Source: Octopus bimaculoides
Taxonomy: Eukaryota
NCBI RefSeq assembly: GCF_001194135.2
Contig: NC_068996.1
Span: 52,973,544-53,028,369 of the forward strand
Direction of reading: 5' to 3'
DNA length: 54,826 bases
In this document: piece after piece, positions 22,451-34,143 of the stretch
How the letters are laid out: each line of letters begins with the position of its first letter
How positions within the stretch are numbered: the first letter of the stretch is position 1
Program-made: the position numbers and the translations under genes
Notes under the pieces: generated by a model
What the model was told of the DNA's origin: nothing
Seen by the model: only the letters and a program-made list of their open reading frames with translations
Database searches by the model: none

Positions 22451-24649
22451 AACTATATTTTTGATTGCATTTTTTTTTTAAGCTGTATGAAATTTGAATT
22501 TTATTAAAATTAAAATTCTTAAATGACGATAAAATATCGAATACACAAAACAGAACTTTTCTGATAATTACAAACAGAACGACGATTTTGAGTGTGTGTA
22601 TGTGTAAAAAGTAAAAACAGGTATACCTCAACGTACGTCGGTAATTGTTCCAAGATTTAACTAAAAAACAACACAACACAAAGAAAAATTGCTTAATTCG
22701 TTAGCTTGTATCTTTGTACATATTTTCACCTGTTTTCCACTTCAATATTAATTTTTAGATGTTTGCTTTTTTTAATTTCTATGCTTTTAAATGTTCTCTG
22801 AGACCGACTTTGAATCGGATAAATCGAATGAAATTGAAGTTTGTTATTTTTTCCGTTAATTTCTTAAAAAACGAAAAACGACATAAGTTGAGGTATGCCT
22901 GCTTATTCTTTCTTCATTGGGCACAAGGGCCGCAAGTCGAAAATTATTGCAACAGTTGCTCTCATTTCATAACCACTTTTCATTCATTTATTTTAACATT
23001 GCAGATGTTTTTTTTCTTTCTTTTTAGCTTTATTTTATCTCGTTGTTCGCCGGTTTTCGAAAATTGTGCGTACAAGAGGGTGTGTACCCGGTTAGGATTA
23101 GGGAAATAAATTTAATGGATATAGAAATGGATTTACTGATCTACTACTGAACTGGTGGTTTTACTGGCTAAGATAAGAATTTCATCTATCAATCTTACCT
23201 ACAAAAGTGTTTTTTTTTTCTTTCAAAATGTATATTACGTAATTTTGACAAATGTTTAAAAGATGTTACATTAGAAGAAATTTGTGTAGAGAGAAGGGAA
23301 AGCCTACAAGACAGCAATTTTCTGCTCGCTCTGTTTGTCTGTCTCTCTCCTTCTCTCTCTCCCCCTCTCTCTCTCTCTCTCTGAATCTGAAGCTTACTCG
23401 CAACACACACACACATTGGAATCAATAATAGAGATCCTACGCTGTTGTTAGGCCTGCTAGATATAGCAGCTAACCCGCCCTTAAATCACGTCCCACTGAC
23501 TTGGAAAAAAAAGGAAAGATTCACTGACTAGTGCAGTCTCATGTACAGTATGCCTTACAAAATAATAATAATGATTTCTTTTATAATAATAATACATTAA
23601 AATAAACGGAATGGCATGGTTTGAAGGCCTTTGGTTATAGTTTACTAAACTGAGACCAAATCTGGAACTAAACTACGACAAAGCTCATGTAGTCGTTCCA
23701 CCTGGTAAAAACAGCAGCAAAATGCCCCTCAAATCACCCCATCACCACCACCACCACCACCATTTTAAACGCTGATATCTAAGGCAGCGTTGGACGCGCA
23801 GTATTATACCTGACAAACAAAAAAAATCACATGTTAGTCATGGCTGGAACACTTTCGATTATTGGTCTCCTCAACTAGGACTGGCCTGGTGCTGCACTTA
23901 AATAAAACCAACGGCGGAGCATCTGCGTGATTACTTGATCAGCTAGAAATAGCAGCGACATCGCCCTCGTATTCCACTCTACCGCCGCCTTTAAGTGAGG
24001 TAATGACGTAGAAAATGAAAGTAAACTTGTGGAATACGACTGTTAACGTCCTTGACCTCATCATGCACACAACAGAAGCAACATTTGCAAATAAAACAGC
24101 CTTTTATACGAGTTCACCACTCAGATTAATTAAATTCAGTTTAGTTAATCTTAGTAAGCGCTTACGTGAAATGATATTTTTTATGTAAAATGAAACAACA
24201 TATAAAATGTTTTTTGTCCGTTTCGTTTTGTATCTTAGGTCAAGGACATTACGTAAGTTATTCGACAGACAAATTATTGATGGGATGGTTTCAGCTACAA
24301 TGATATCTTTCTAAGGCTGCTCAGGCAAACTTTACCTGAGGCTAAACAACAATGTGGATGATATAAAATTACAAATAAATAATAAATTTGTTGCTTAAGG
24401 AAGCAAAAAAAGGCATGGTGTATTTCGCTTTCTCAATCTTCAGATGACTGCTGTGTGAAAACTACGTAAACAGTAACATGAAAACGAAGGTGTGGATCTC
24501 ACAGCAGACACTGCAGGTGTGTGTGTGTGTGTGTGTGTGTGCGTGAATGAGTGTATGTGCGTTTTCTTTTTCTTTCTAATTTGAAAGAAAATTTCGACCG
24601 GCCACCAACTTGGTTGTGAAGGAAAGTATCTTCTTTGAACCATCATCTT

Positions 24650-25040
24650 TTAAATCTTAAAAGGGTCTTGCAAATTCTTATAGTCTCAGATATCATGATC
24701 ATATGTAACATATGAATTAAGGATTTGCCTTCTCTCCCCAAGATTCCCAAATTCAGCCATACTTTACTCCAGACGGTTGGTATGTATCCTGTTGCTCCAA
24801 TATTTATAGGTATGAAGCTAAAAGTGTATCTTGGGTCCTGGATTTGCAAACTCCTTATCAATGGTCCATTGAAGTGCTCTTTGTCTTCTATTTTTCTAAC
24901 AACACTCATGACCAGGGGACAACTGATTTCCACAACAGAACATATCTTTTCTTTGTGGTTCTACATGATACCCGGTCAGTTGTGTTTTAACTTATTGACT
25001 GGTTTGTTTTTAATTTCCACCAATATTCCTTTGACCCATC
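24650..25040 (-). mobile_element. R4/Dong-like (RLE-type) non-LTR retrotransposon remnant, endonuclease C-terminus
   Basis: HN*PGIM*NHKEKICSVVEISCP...NGPLIRSLQIQDPRYTFSFIPINIGATGYI matches the RLE motif HNRPD...VE(I/V)SCP...PIxIGAxG. Confidence 0.7.
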
Positions 25041-25123
25041 AGTCTCAAAATGGTCAACTTCATATGTATGTATGTATGTATGTATGTATGCATGCATGTA
25101 TATATATGCATGTATATATATAT

Positions 25124-25506
25124 GTGGAGGCGCAATGGCCCAGTGGTTAGGGCAGCGGACTCGTGGTCATAGGATCACGGTTTTGATTCCCAGACCGGGC
25201 GTTGTGAGTGTTTATTGAGCGAAAAAACATCTAGAGCTCCACGAGGCTCTGGCAGGGGATGGTGGCGAACCCTGCTGTACTCTTCCACCACAACTTTCTC
25301 TCACTCTTTCTTCCTGTTTCTGTTGTACCTGTATTTCAAAGGGTCAGCCTTGTCACACTGTGTCACGCTGAATATTCCCGAGAACTACGTTAAGGGTATA
25401 CGTGTCTGTGGAGTGCTCAACCACTTGCACGTTAATTTCACAAGCAGGCTGTTCCATTGATCGGATCAACTGGAACCCTCGATGTCGTAAGTGACGGAGT
25501 GCCAAC
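25124..25506 (+). mobile_element. SINE family B, full length, with a possible 18-bp TSD
   Basis: A box tggcccagtgg, decayed B box, tail gagtgccaac. atgcatgtatatatatat flanks it at 25106-25123 and 25507-25524, but this is low-complexity sequence. Confidence 0.85.
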
Positions 25507-25529
25507 ATGCATGTATATATATATATGCA

Positions 25530-25890
25530 TGTATGTTATTGTTCAGTTTTCTTTCAAGATTTCTTGCCAATAGAGAAAGAACCGGGTTCTAACCTAGATC
25601 CAAGGCTCCTTCATTGGAATTTCAACATCAACAACAGGGTATTTTTGTATGTGTGTTTTGTTTTATGNNNNNNNNNNAGTGATGGACTGGGATCCGTAGT
25701 CTTCGAATTAGCTTTCTCCTTTCTGGTTTTGAGAAGCCTAATTTCTCAAGATTGGTATTTAGGCAATGTGTCACATATCCCAGGGCCCCAATAATTACAA
25801 GTACAAACCTGAATTTGTAATCTGAATAGAGTAACTACAGCTTTCTCAACAGTTCAGCATAGGTTTTCTCTTTTCCACTGATCTTCAGCT
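25530..25890 (-). mobile_element. Second R4/Dong-like 3' fragment with 3'UTR
   Basis: LKISGKEKTYAELLRKL*LLYSDYKFRFVLVIIGALGYVTHCLNTNLEKLGFSKPERRKLIRRL, homologous to the 24650-25040 remnant. Confidence 0.7.
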
Positions 25891-26009
25891 TTGTGTTCAT
25901 ATTCACTAGGCAGTTTTCTGTCTGTCTGCTTGTCTGTATGTATGTATGTCTGTATGTATATATGTAAGTATGTATGTATGCATGCATGCATGCCTGCATT
26001 TATGTATCC

Positions 26010-26190
26010 ACATCATCATCATCATCATTTAACATCCGTTTTCCATGCATGCATAGGTAGGATGGTTAGCAGGAGCCATCCAGGCAGAAGACTATCCCAG
26101 GCTACTGTGTCTGTTTTGGCAGGGCTGTTACAGTTGGATGCCCTTCTTAACACCAACCACTCAGTGCTTTTTACATGACTCAGTGGTTTT
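26010..26190 (-). mobile_element. Short RTE 3' fragment
   Basis: catcatttaacatccgttttccatgc...ggatgcccttcttaacaccaaccac. Confidence 0.7.
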
Positions 26191-27061
26191 TACATGACAT
26201 AATTATAATTACATATGTAACAAGTGTATGTAGCAAAATAAATGAGAGGAAGAAAAACATTATTGGTTGAAATGGCCCTTTATATTCACCATTTCAATGC
26301 CAATCCTTTGAGTTGTTCTAAAAGGATTATTTGTGATGTCAGCCATCACACTTAATCAAGTTCTATTATTTAAGTGAACATTCCTGGCTAAAATACAGTT
26401 TAACATAGATAAGTTAATTTACTTCCCTACATGTTCTTCAACCTACATGTAGCTTTTCAATGAGTAATAAGTACAGTACCCAAATTTAGTTCTACTTCTT
26501 TTTCCGCTTCGTTCCTGGCCAAAGGAGCACTTCAGATATGGTCTGTCATTACGTGACTATGCAAAAAATGTGGTTACAGTTTCAAATCCTGGCTTAGAGT
26601 TATCTTATTGCACACACACACACAATGTATTTTGAAAGCATTTAATACATGTTTCACATTCATAATATCAACATTTGGTTTTATCTTTATCCTAATATTA
26701 CATGATTCTTTGGATCTTTCTGATTTGGCGGGTGCCACTTGTTTTCTTAGCGAAACACTTTCAAACTAGGGACACTGGTATAATGTGTCATATAAAACAT
26801 CTTTTACTCTTAGTGTCATTGAGAAAATTTTATCTTTTTAAAGTTATTTCATGTTAAAATTGTTGTATTTCACTAATTTCGACCAATCACTGACGTCTAT
26901 TGATGTGAAAACAATTACTGCTGTGGAATGTAAACAACACGTTCTAGCGGTGTAATGGGATCTTTTCCCTTGAATAAAATTAGTGCCGTTGTTTGTCAAC
27001 AACAACTATCGGCAGTACTGTTATTTATAACGTAGTTCATGTGTTTGTACTGGTTTTAGCT

Positions 27062-27177
27062 TTAGGGTTTTAGGGTTAGGGTTAGGGTTAGGGTTAGGGT
27101 TAGGGTTAGGGTTTTAAGGTTAAGGTTAGGGTTACGAGTATTTTTTCCAATACTCATAACCCTAACCCTAACCCTAA
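27062..27177. repeat. Interstitial telomeric-type repeats, (TTAGGG)n facing (CCCTAA)3 across a hairpin
   Basis: Seven perfect consecutive TTAGGG units (27070-27111) plus variants, the spacer cgagtatt-ttttcc-aatactca, then three CCCTAA units (27160-27177). Confidence 0.9.
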
Positions 27178-27229
27178 TGTGTATATATATATATATGTGT
27201 GTGTATGTGTGTAAGTGCGTGTGTGTGTA

Positions 27230-29610
27230 TGAGGGGGTACCCAAAAGAAACTGGAATTTTGCAATATTATTTTATTCACTTAGTATTACATGTTTACACT
27301 TATCGCCTTCAAAGTATTCTCCATTTGAAGCAATGCATCAGTCTAGACATGTCTTCAACAGTTTGAAGCAGTGCTGGAACTCTTGCAAAGTGATGCCTTT
27401 TAACACCTCCATCATTTTTTCTTCACCTTTTCCACATCTCCAAATTCTGTAGCACCAGCTTTTGTCACCAGTGATGACCTGTTGTAATCCAATGTCGAAC
27501 TGGGATGGTATGGTGCCATAGTTACATGTTCTACAACAAATGTTTTACAAAACTTTTTAAACTGAAAAGACACTTATTGCATTCCATTATCAAACACTGT
27601 AGTGCCTGGGATGCCAAATCTCACAAACAGCTCATGTAGAAAATTTGTCATAGTTGAGGAGGTTGGCTTTTTACACTAACAAATTTCTGGCCATTTAGAG
27701 AAACTATCTACGACCACTAAGTAGTATGAACTGTTTAAGGGACCAGTGAAATCAATGTGTAGTCTTGACCACAGAACATCTGCTTTTGGCCAAGGTTCAC
27801 TTTTTATTGTCAGTAATTTTGCTGCTGGAGCACACCCTCTGCAGCCTCTCACTAAATTTTCAATTTCTCTATCCATTTTTGGCCAGTATATGTAACTACA
27901 CATTAAAGCTTTCATCCTCGAAATACCAGGAAGTCCAACATGGAATTCCCTCAACATTTTCTTTTGCAGTGTTTCAGGTATCACAACTCTCTTGCATACA
28001 CAAGTACACCATCGCAAATTGAGTTTAGGTTCATGTCTTGATTTCGTTTCGCATGAGTCCTGTTCCTATTTACTTTTCCTGTCCACAGTGTTCTTTTCAT
28101 TTCTGTAATGAATTTGTTCTTTTCTGCATTTCATTTTATGACATCTATGGTCACCGGTAATTCACGTACCACATTCAACATTGCATTTTTTATTTCTCCT
28201 TCTGGTCTTAATGCTGTGATTACCATATCTTCGAATGACTTGCAGTGTTTCAGTATCAGTCTGGACAAACCATCCACATGCCTTAGTTTCTTTGATGATA
28301 AATATTCCATTTTGAAATCATAATTCGATAATGTAGTGCCCCAGCGCTATAGTCTATTAGCCGTGTGTGTCGGTATTCCTTTTTTAGAACTGTATATCAA
28401 CAGTAGTGGGCAATGATCAGTTTGTAGACTGAAACTTCTTCCATGAATAAATCTATGGAATTTTTTTAATACTGAATATGATTGCTAACCCTTCCTTTTC
28501 TGCTTGGTTGTAGCTCCCTTCTGCTGGTAATAAAGATAGTGACGCATGGACAATAGCCTTTTTACTCTCATCATCATATTTGTGCAGAAGCGCTGCTCCT
28601 AAACTGTTTTCACTCACATCTGTAGCCAATATAATATCCAGCTTCAGAGCAAAATGTGTTAACGATAAGTTTGATGTTAAAATGCTTTTTAATTCATATT
28701 GTGTTTCTAAAGTCTATGTCAGAAGGTTTTTTTCCACGAGTATTCCTCATCACCACTGTTATAATCCAACGTCAGACTGTTGTAACATCCACTCTGGTAT
28801 AGCAGTATAGTTAGTTAGATGAGTAAGAAATGACTATCTATGACCAAATCTACCAACTTTTTGACCACTCGATTTTCTACATCACAGTATTTGTAATCAC
28901 TGGCACATACCATGCATCATGTAAAAGGGGTGTTCCATTACTATTATTATTTTTATTATTCCCATAACACCTTCAAAAAAAGGTCCGGATCAACTTCCAA
29001 CTGTTTTTCCAGTTCATGACATGCATTCAGTCATGACAGCTTTTGATCTTTCGTGAGCAAGCGAGGCACCAATTTTGCTGCAACTCTTTTCATTCGCAAT
29101 TCCTCACTCAAAATTCGTTGCCAGGAGCACCAGGACACACCAATCATATCAACAAGTTTGTCAATTGTTTGATGATGGTCTCTCAAGATCAGTGCATGAG
29201 TTTTTATGATCTTTTCATTTGTCCGGGAGGTCAACAGACACCTTGAAAAAGGTTGGTGTTCAAGTGACAAGTGACCATTCCTAAAACATGGAAATCACTC
29301 ATAAACTTGTGTTTTGCTCATGGCAGCATCCTTGTAAGCTGTTAGAAGCATGACAACTGTTTCAGCTGCTGTTTTCTACAGGAGAATAGAGAATTTCATG
29401 GAAGCACACTGGTCCTTCATTTCAGCCATCACAAAAAAATTAACAAAATTCGACAAAGCAAAGATGCACCATGTGGCAGTAGAATCACTGCCACCAGTCA
29501 GTAACCTGATACCTGAGGGTAGCGTCAAGTGACTTTTAGCAGCTGAAGCCTGAACTACAATGGACTTGTCTTACAGAGAATGTTTCCAGTTACTTTTGGG
29601 TACTCCCTCA
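27230..29610 (-). mobile_element. Non-autonomous mariner derivative (~890 bp without the nested insert) with TIRs and TA TSD
   Basis: TIR TGAGGGGGTACCCAAAAGAAACTGGAA versus TGAGGGAGTACCCAAAAGTAACTGGAA (2 mismatches), with TA at 27228 and 29611. The HTH region reads SWQRILSEELRMKRVAAKLVPRLLT. VITGDKSWCY is joined directly to the C-terminal ...CIASNGEYFEGDK, so the rest of the catalytic core is deleted. Confidence 0.9.
27480..28969 (-). mobile_element. Ty3/Gypsy LTR retrotransposon deletion derivative (5' LTR, PBS, RNase H-integrase remnant) nested in the mariner
   Basis: LTR 28969-28757 has TGTTAT...ATAACA ends, followed by a PBS-like TGGTGATGAGGA (28755-28744). The RNase H remnant reads DVSENSLGAALL...AEKEGLAIIF. 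The integrase remnant reads EFHVGLPGISRMK..YWPKMDREIE...CRGC...RLHIDFTGP..LVVVDSFSKWPE...FGIP...DNG...APYHP. The last ~20 nt repeat the LTR end. Confidence 0.85.
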
Positions 29611-29669
29611 TATATAAATATGGCTGATATTTAGCAAGGTGAGACACACATAAGAAGGAAGGAAACAAA

Positions 29670-29712
29670 GGACCACTGATGAGGTCACAGAAGTGTGACG
29701 AAAGAACTCTTG
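29670..29712 (+). ncRNA. Degenerate hammerhead-ribozyme-like motif in a small repeat remnant
   Basis: CTGATGA-G-GTCACA-gaag-TGTGAC-GAAA (29676-29703) has a perfect 6-bp stem II. Stems I and III pair poorly. Confidence 0.4.
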
Positions 29713-30924
29713 CCGAAATAAGATTAAGATTAATATAAAGCTGAAGCAAATTAACACCAAATATACAGTGCGTGTGTTTTTATTGGCTAAACTGGCAATA
29801 TGACCATCCCCAAGTACAAATATATATATNNNNNNNNNNNNNNNNNNNNNNNNNNNNNNNNNNNNNNNNNNNNNNNNNNNNNNNNNNNNNNNNNNNNNNN
29901 NNNNNNNNNNNNNNNNNNNNNNNNNNNNNNNNNNNNNNNNNNNNNNNNNNNNNNNNNNNNNNNNNNNNNNNNNNNNNNNNNNNNNNNNNNNNNNNNNNNN
30001 NNNNNNNNNNNNNNNNNNNNNNNNNNNNNNNNNNNNNNNNNNNNNNNNNNNNNNNNNNNNNNNNNNNNNNNNNNNNNNNNNNNNNNNNNNNNNNNNNNNN
30101 NNNNNNNNNNNNNNNNNNNNNNNNNNNNNNNNNNNNNNNNNNNNNNNNNNNNNNNNNNNNNNNNNNNNNNNNNNNNNNNNNNNNNNNNNNNNNNNNNNNN
30201 NNNNNNNNNNNNNNNNNNNNNNNNNNNNNNNNNNNNNNNNNNNNNNNNNNNNNNNNNNNNNNNNNNNNNNNNNNNNNNNNNNNNNNNNNNNNNNNNNNNN
30301 NNNNNNNNNNNNNNNNNNNNNNNNNNNNNNNNNNNNNNNNNNNNNNNNNNNNNNNNNNNNNNNNNNNNNNNNNNNNNNNNNNNNNNNNNNNNNNNNNNNN
30401 NNNNNNNNNNNNNNNNNNNNNNNNNNNNNNNNNNNNNNNNNNNNNNNNNNNNNNNNNNNNNNNNNNNNNNNNNNNNNNNNNNNNNNNNNNNNNNNNNNNN
30501 NNNNNNNNNNNNNNNNNNNNNNNNNNNNNNNNNNNNNNNNNNNNNNNNNNNNNNNNNNNNNNNNNNNNNNNNNNNNNNNNNNNNNNNNNNNNNNNNNNNN
30601 NNNNNNNNNNNNNNNNNNNNNNNNNNNNNNNNNNNNNNNNNNNNNNNNNNNNNNNNNNNNNNNNNNNNNNNNNNNNNNNNNNNNNNNNNNNNNNNNNNNN
30701 NNNNNNNNNNNNNNNNNNNNNNNNNNNNNNNNNNNNNNNNNNNNNNNNNNNNNNNNNNNNNNNNNNNNNNNNNNNNNNNNNNNNNNNNNNNNNNNNNNNN
30801 NNNNNNNNNNNNNNNNNNNNNNNNNNNACACACACATATATATATCAATGGAGTGATTGTACTGTGTGATAGGTGTGGTCTGTATGTTGATGGGATTGCT
30901 ATCATCTTACAAGATGAAACGATC

Positions 30925-30977
<53 letters not shown>

Positions 30978-31583
30978 TCATGGATATAGGATTTTGATAG
31001 ACTGGAGTTGTTCCCAATTAGTAAAATTGATCCATCATTAGTTATTTAATTAGTGAAAAACACAGAACTAAAATAAAATGTTAGATTATATTTACTTGGC
31101 GCTTTAAGGAAGATTTGCCCAAACTTGTCAGACTGCCTCACTAAGTACAGGTGTGTGTGTGTGCATGCATGCATGTGTGTGTGTATATGCATGTGAGTGT
31201 GCATGTATGTATATATATGTGTTTGCATGTGCATGTGTGTACATGTCCATGAGTGCATGTGTGTGTGCATGCATGTGTGTGTGTGTTTGTGTGCGTATCT
31301 AGGCATGCATGTAAACGTAAATGTCTCTATGTTTGCAGTTATTTGTTGGTATTACTTAGCAATTCAATATGTAGAGATCAATAAAATAAGCATCAGATTA
31401 AAAATCATTGTAGGTGATGGTGCTCCAGCATGGCTGCAGTGCAACAACAGAAAGTGGGGAAATGACAATAATAAAGAACAAAAAATAATATGTGAAGAGT
31501 AACGGGAAATGATATGAGTGAGGGAATTGTGGATGGAAAAGGGGAATGTGGAAGAGAGAGAGCGAGAGAGAGAGACATGCACG

Positions 31584-31620
<37 letters not shown>

Positions 31621-31878
31621 ACACATACGTACACACACACATGCACACACACATGCACACACAAGCACACACAACACTTGCATAGACATTTACGCATACA
31701 CACATATATGCACACACACTCACACAAACATCTATCATCATCATCATCATCGTTTAATGTTTGTGTTCCCTGCTGGCATGTGTAGGACAGTTTGACAGGA
31801 CCCAATGGTCCAAGAACTGCATCATGCTCAAATGTCTATAAATATATATGCAATGTGTGTGTGTGTTTGTGTGTGCTC

Positions 31879-31929
<51 letters not shown>

Positions 31930-31934
31930 CTGTG

Positions 31935-32240
31935 CATGAGAAGACCCGGCAAGCCAAGTGAGATCGTTGCCAGTGCCCCTGGACTGGCTCTTGTGCGGGT
32001 GGCACATAAGATGTACCATCCTGAGCGTGACCGTTGTCAGTACCGCCTGACTGGCCTTGTAGGGTTTTCGAGTGAGATCTCTGAGTGGTTGGCGTTAAGA
32101 AGGGCATCCAACTGTAGAAACTCTGCCAAATTAGATTGGAGCCTGGTGTAGCCATCCGGTTGCACCAGTCCTCAGTCAAATCGTCCAACCCATGCCAGCA
32201 TGAAAAGTGGATGTTAAACGATGATGATGATGATGATGAT
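31935..32240 (+). mobile_element. RTE-LINE 3' fragment from the ORF end (EKTRQAK*) to the GAT tail
   Basis: gagaagacccggcaagccaagtga...gttaaacgatgatgat, with an internal deletion relative to 16770-17205. Confidence 0.8.
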
Positions 32241-32326
32241 ATGTATGTATGTATATGTATATATATATGTATGTATATGTATATATATATATATATATAC
32301 ATATACACACACACTTAGATAACCAT

Positions 32327-32364
<38 letters not shown>

Positions 32365-32553
32365 TATTAGTAGTAGCTATTGTTGTACATCCATCTAAAC
32401 CCAATGTGTGATTAGTTAGTTAGGCTTCTGTTTGTGTGGTTATATTCCTAAAATGATGAAAAAGAAGATGGGGGAAAGAAAATATTCAGGTTAATTTTTG
32501 TAATAGATTTTGTGTTGGTGAAAAGAAAAATTTACATAGTTCTGTTTTGTCTG

Positions 32554-32623
<70 letters not shown>

Positions 32624-32893
32624 CTCACTCTCTCCCTCTCTCACCCTCTCTCTTTCTCTCTCTCATCCTCTATCTCATTCATCCTCTATCTCTCATCCTC
32701 TCTCTCTTTCTATCTGTCTATCTATCTATCTATCTATCTATCTAGATACATTTAAAAAAATAACGTCGACCACTAACGTGGACAATTAATGCGCTAGAAA
32801 TAGATCACATCTTGTGTCTATTAAGACCTAAAAAGTTCTCAACATGAAATATAGCAGCATACCAAAAACGTGAGCGGGCAAGACATTTAAAAT

Positions 32894-32989
32894 CACCTAA
32901 AAAAATCATTATTAAACAGGAACCAGGTTTCGGATTTAACAAATTCTTACCATTTGTCTATTCCTCATCAGCCTGGATTTTTTTAGGTG
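32894..32989 (-). ncRNA. Type I hammerhead ribozyme candidate with an intact core
   Basis: Minus strand: CACCUAAAAAAAUC-CAGG-CUGAUGA-GGA aua GACAAAU gguaaga AUUUGUU aaa UCC-GAAA-CCUGG-UU/CCUG-uuuaauaau-GAUUUUUUUAGGUG. All core nucleotides are present. Stem I is 4+14 bp with a 9-nt bulge, stem II is 3+7 bp, and stem III is minimal. Confidence 0.75.
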
Positions 32990-33589
32990 NNNNNNNNNNN
33001 NNNNNNNNNNNNNNNNNNNNNNNNNNNNNNNNNNNNNNNNNNNNNNNNNNNNNNNNNNNNNNNNNNNNNNNNNNNNNNNNNNNNNNNNNNNNNNNNNNNN
33101 NNNNNNNNNNNNNNNNNNNNNNNNNNNNNNNNNNNNNNNNNNNNNNNNNNNNNNNNNNNNNNNNNNNNNNNNNNNNNNNNNNNNNNNNNNNNNNNNNNNN
33201 NNNNNNNNNNNNNNNNNNNNNNNNNNNNNNNNNNNNNNNNNNNNNNNGATATTAATTAATATATTAATATATGACTAATTACCAGATCTTATAATAATAT
33301 TTATCTATCTATCTAGATAGAAACAGATATGTAGGTAGTTTTATATATGTGCGTGTGTGTATGTGTGTGTTTATGTGTGTGTGTGTGCATATGACATATA
33401 TCTCTGTATATCTATATCTATTGATCTATGTATAGGTAGACAGACAGACACATAGACACACAGACTGACAGACAGAAAGATTGATGATTGATAGATAGAT
33501 AGTGAGAGACACAGACACACATACATGTGTATGTGTGCATCTCTCTCTTTCTCCCCTTCTCCACTTTCTCCGAGAAAGTGACCGAGACC

Positions 33590-34096
33590 TTTAGAGATAA
33601 ACTGTGCTTGAGAAGACGCGGCAAGCCAAGTGAGACCATAACCATGGCCTATGCCAGTGCAGCATAACTGGCCCCTTTAAAAGTACCTTTCAATCATTGG
33701 GCAATAAACTACGCTCGTGAAAACCTGTTGAGGCAAGTGAAATCATTATCTTGGCCAATGACAATACTGCCAAATTTGGCACCTATGCCAGTGGCATGTA
33801 AAAAGCACCATTTGATTGTAATCGTTGCCAGTGCCTTCTAACTGGCTCCCGTGAGGGTGGCACGTAAAAAGCCCCATTCAAGCATGGTCGATGCTAGTAC
33901 TCCCTGACTGGCCTTCTTGCTGGTGGCACGTAAAAGCACCCACTACACTCTCGGAGTGGTTGGTGTTAGGAAGGGCATCCAGCTGTAGAAACTTTGCCAG
34001 ATCAGATCAGAGCCTGGCACAGCCTTCTGGCTTGCCAACCCTCAGTCAAACGGTCCAACCCATGCCAGCATGGAAAGCAGACGTTAAACGATGACA

Positions 34097-34143
<47 letters not shown>
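33590..34143 (+). mobile_element. RTE-LINE 3' fragment with a long (GAT)n tail
   Basis: gtgcttgagaagacgcggcaagccaagtga, then the shared 3' block and (gat)n. Confidence 0.8.

Noticed and set aside
25124-25200. tRNA genes at the heads of the SINEs
   Set aside because: They have A/B-box remnants but no complete cloverleaf, and they continue into shared SINE bodies with TSDs.
29608-31041. The longest ORFs in the track (350-413 aa) and other X-filled ORFs
   Set aside because: They only span N gaps and contain no coding information.
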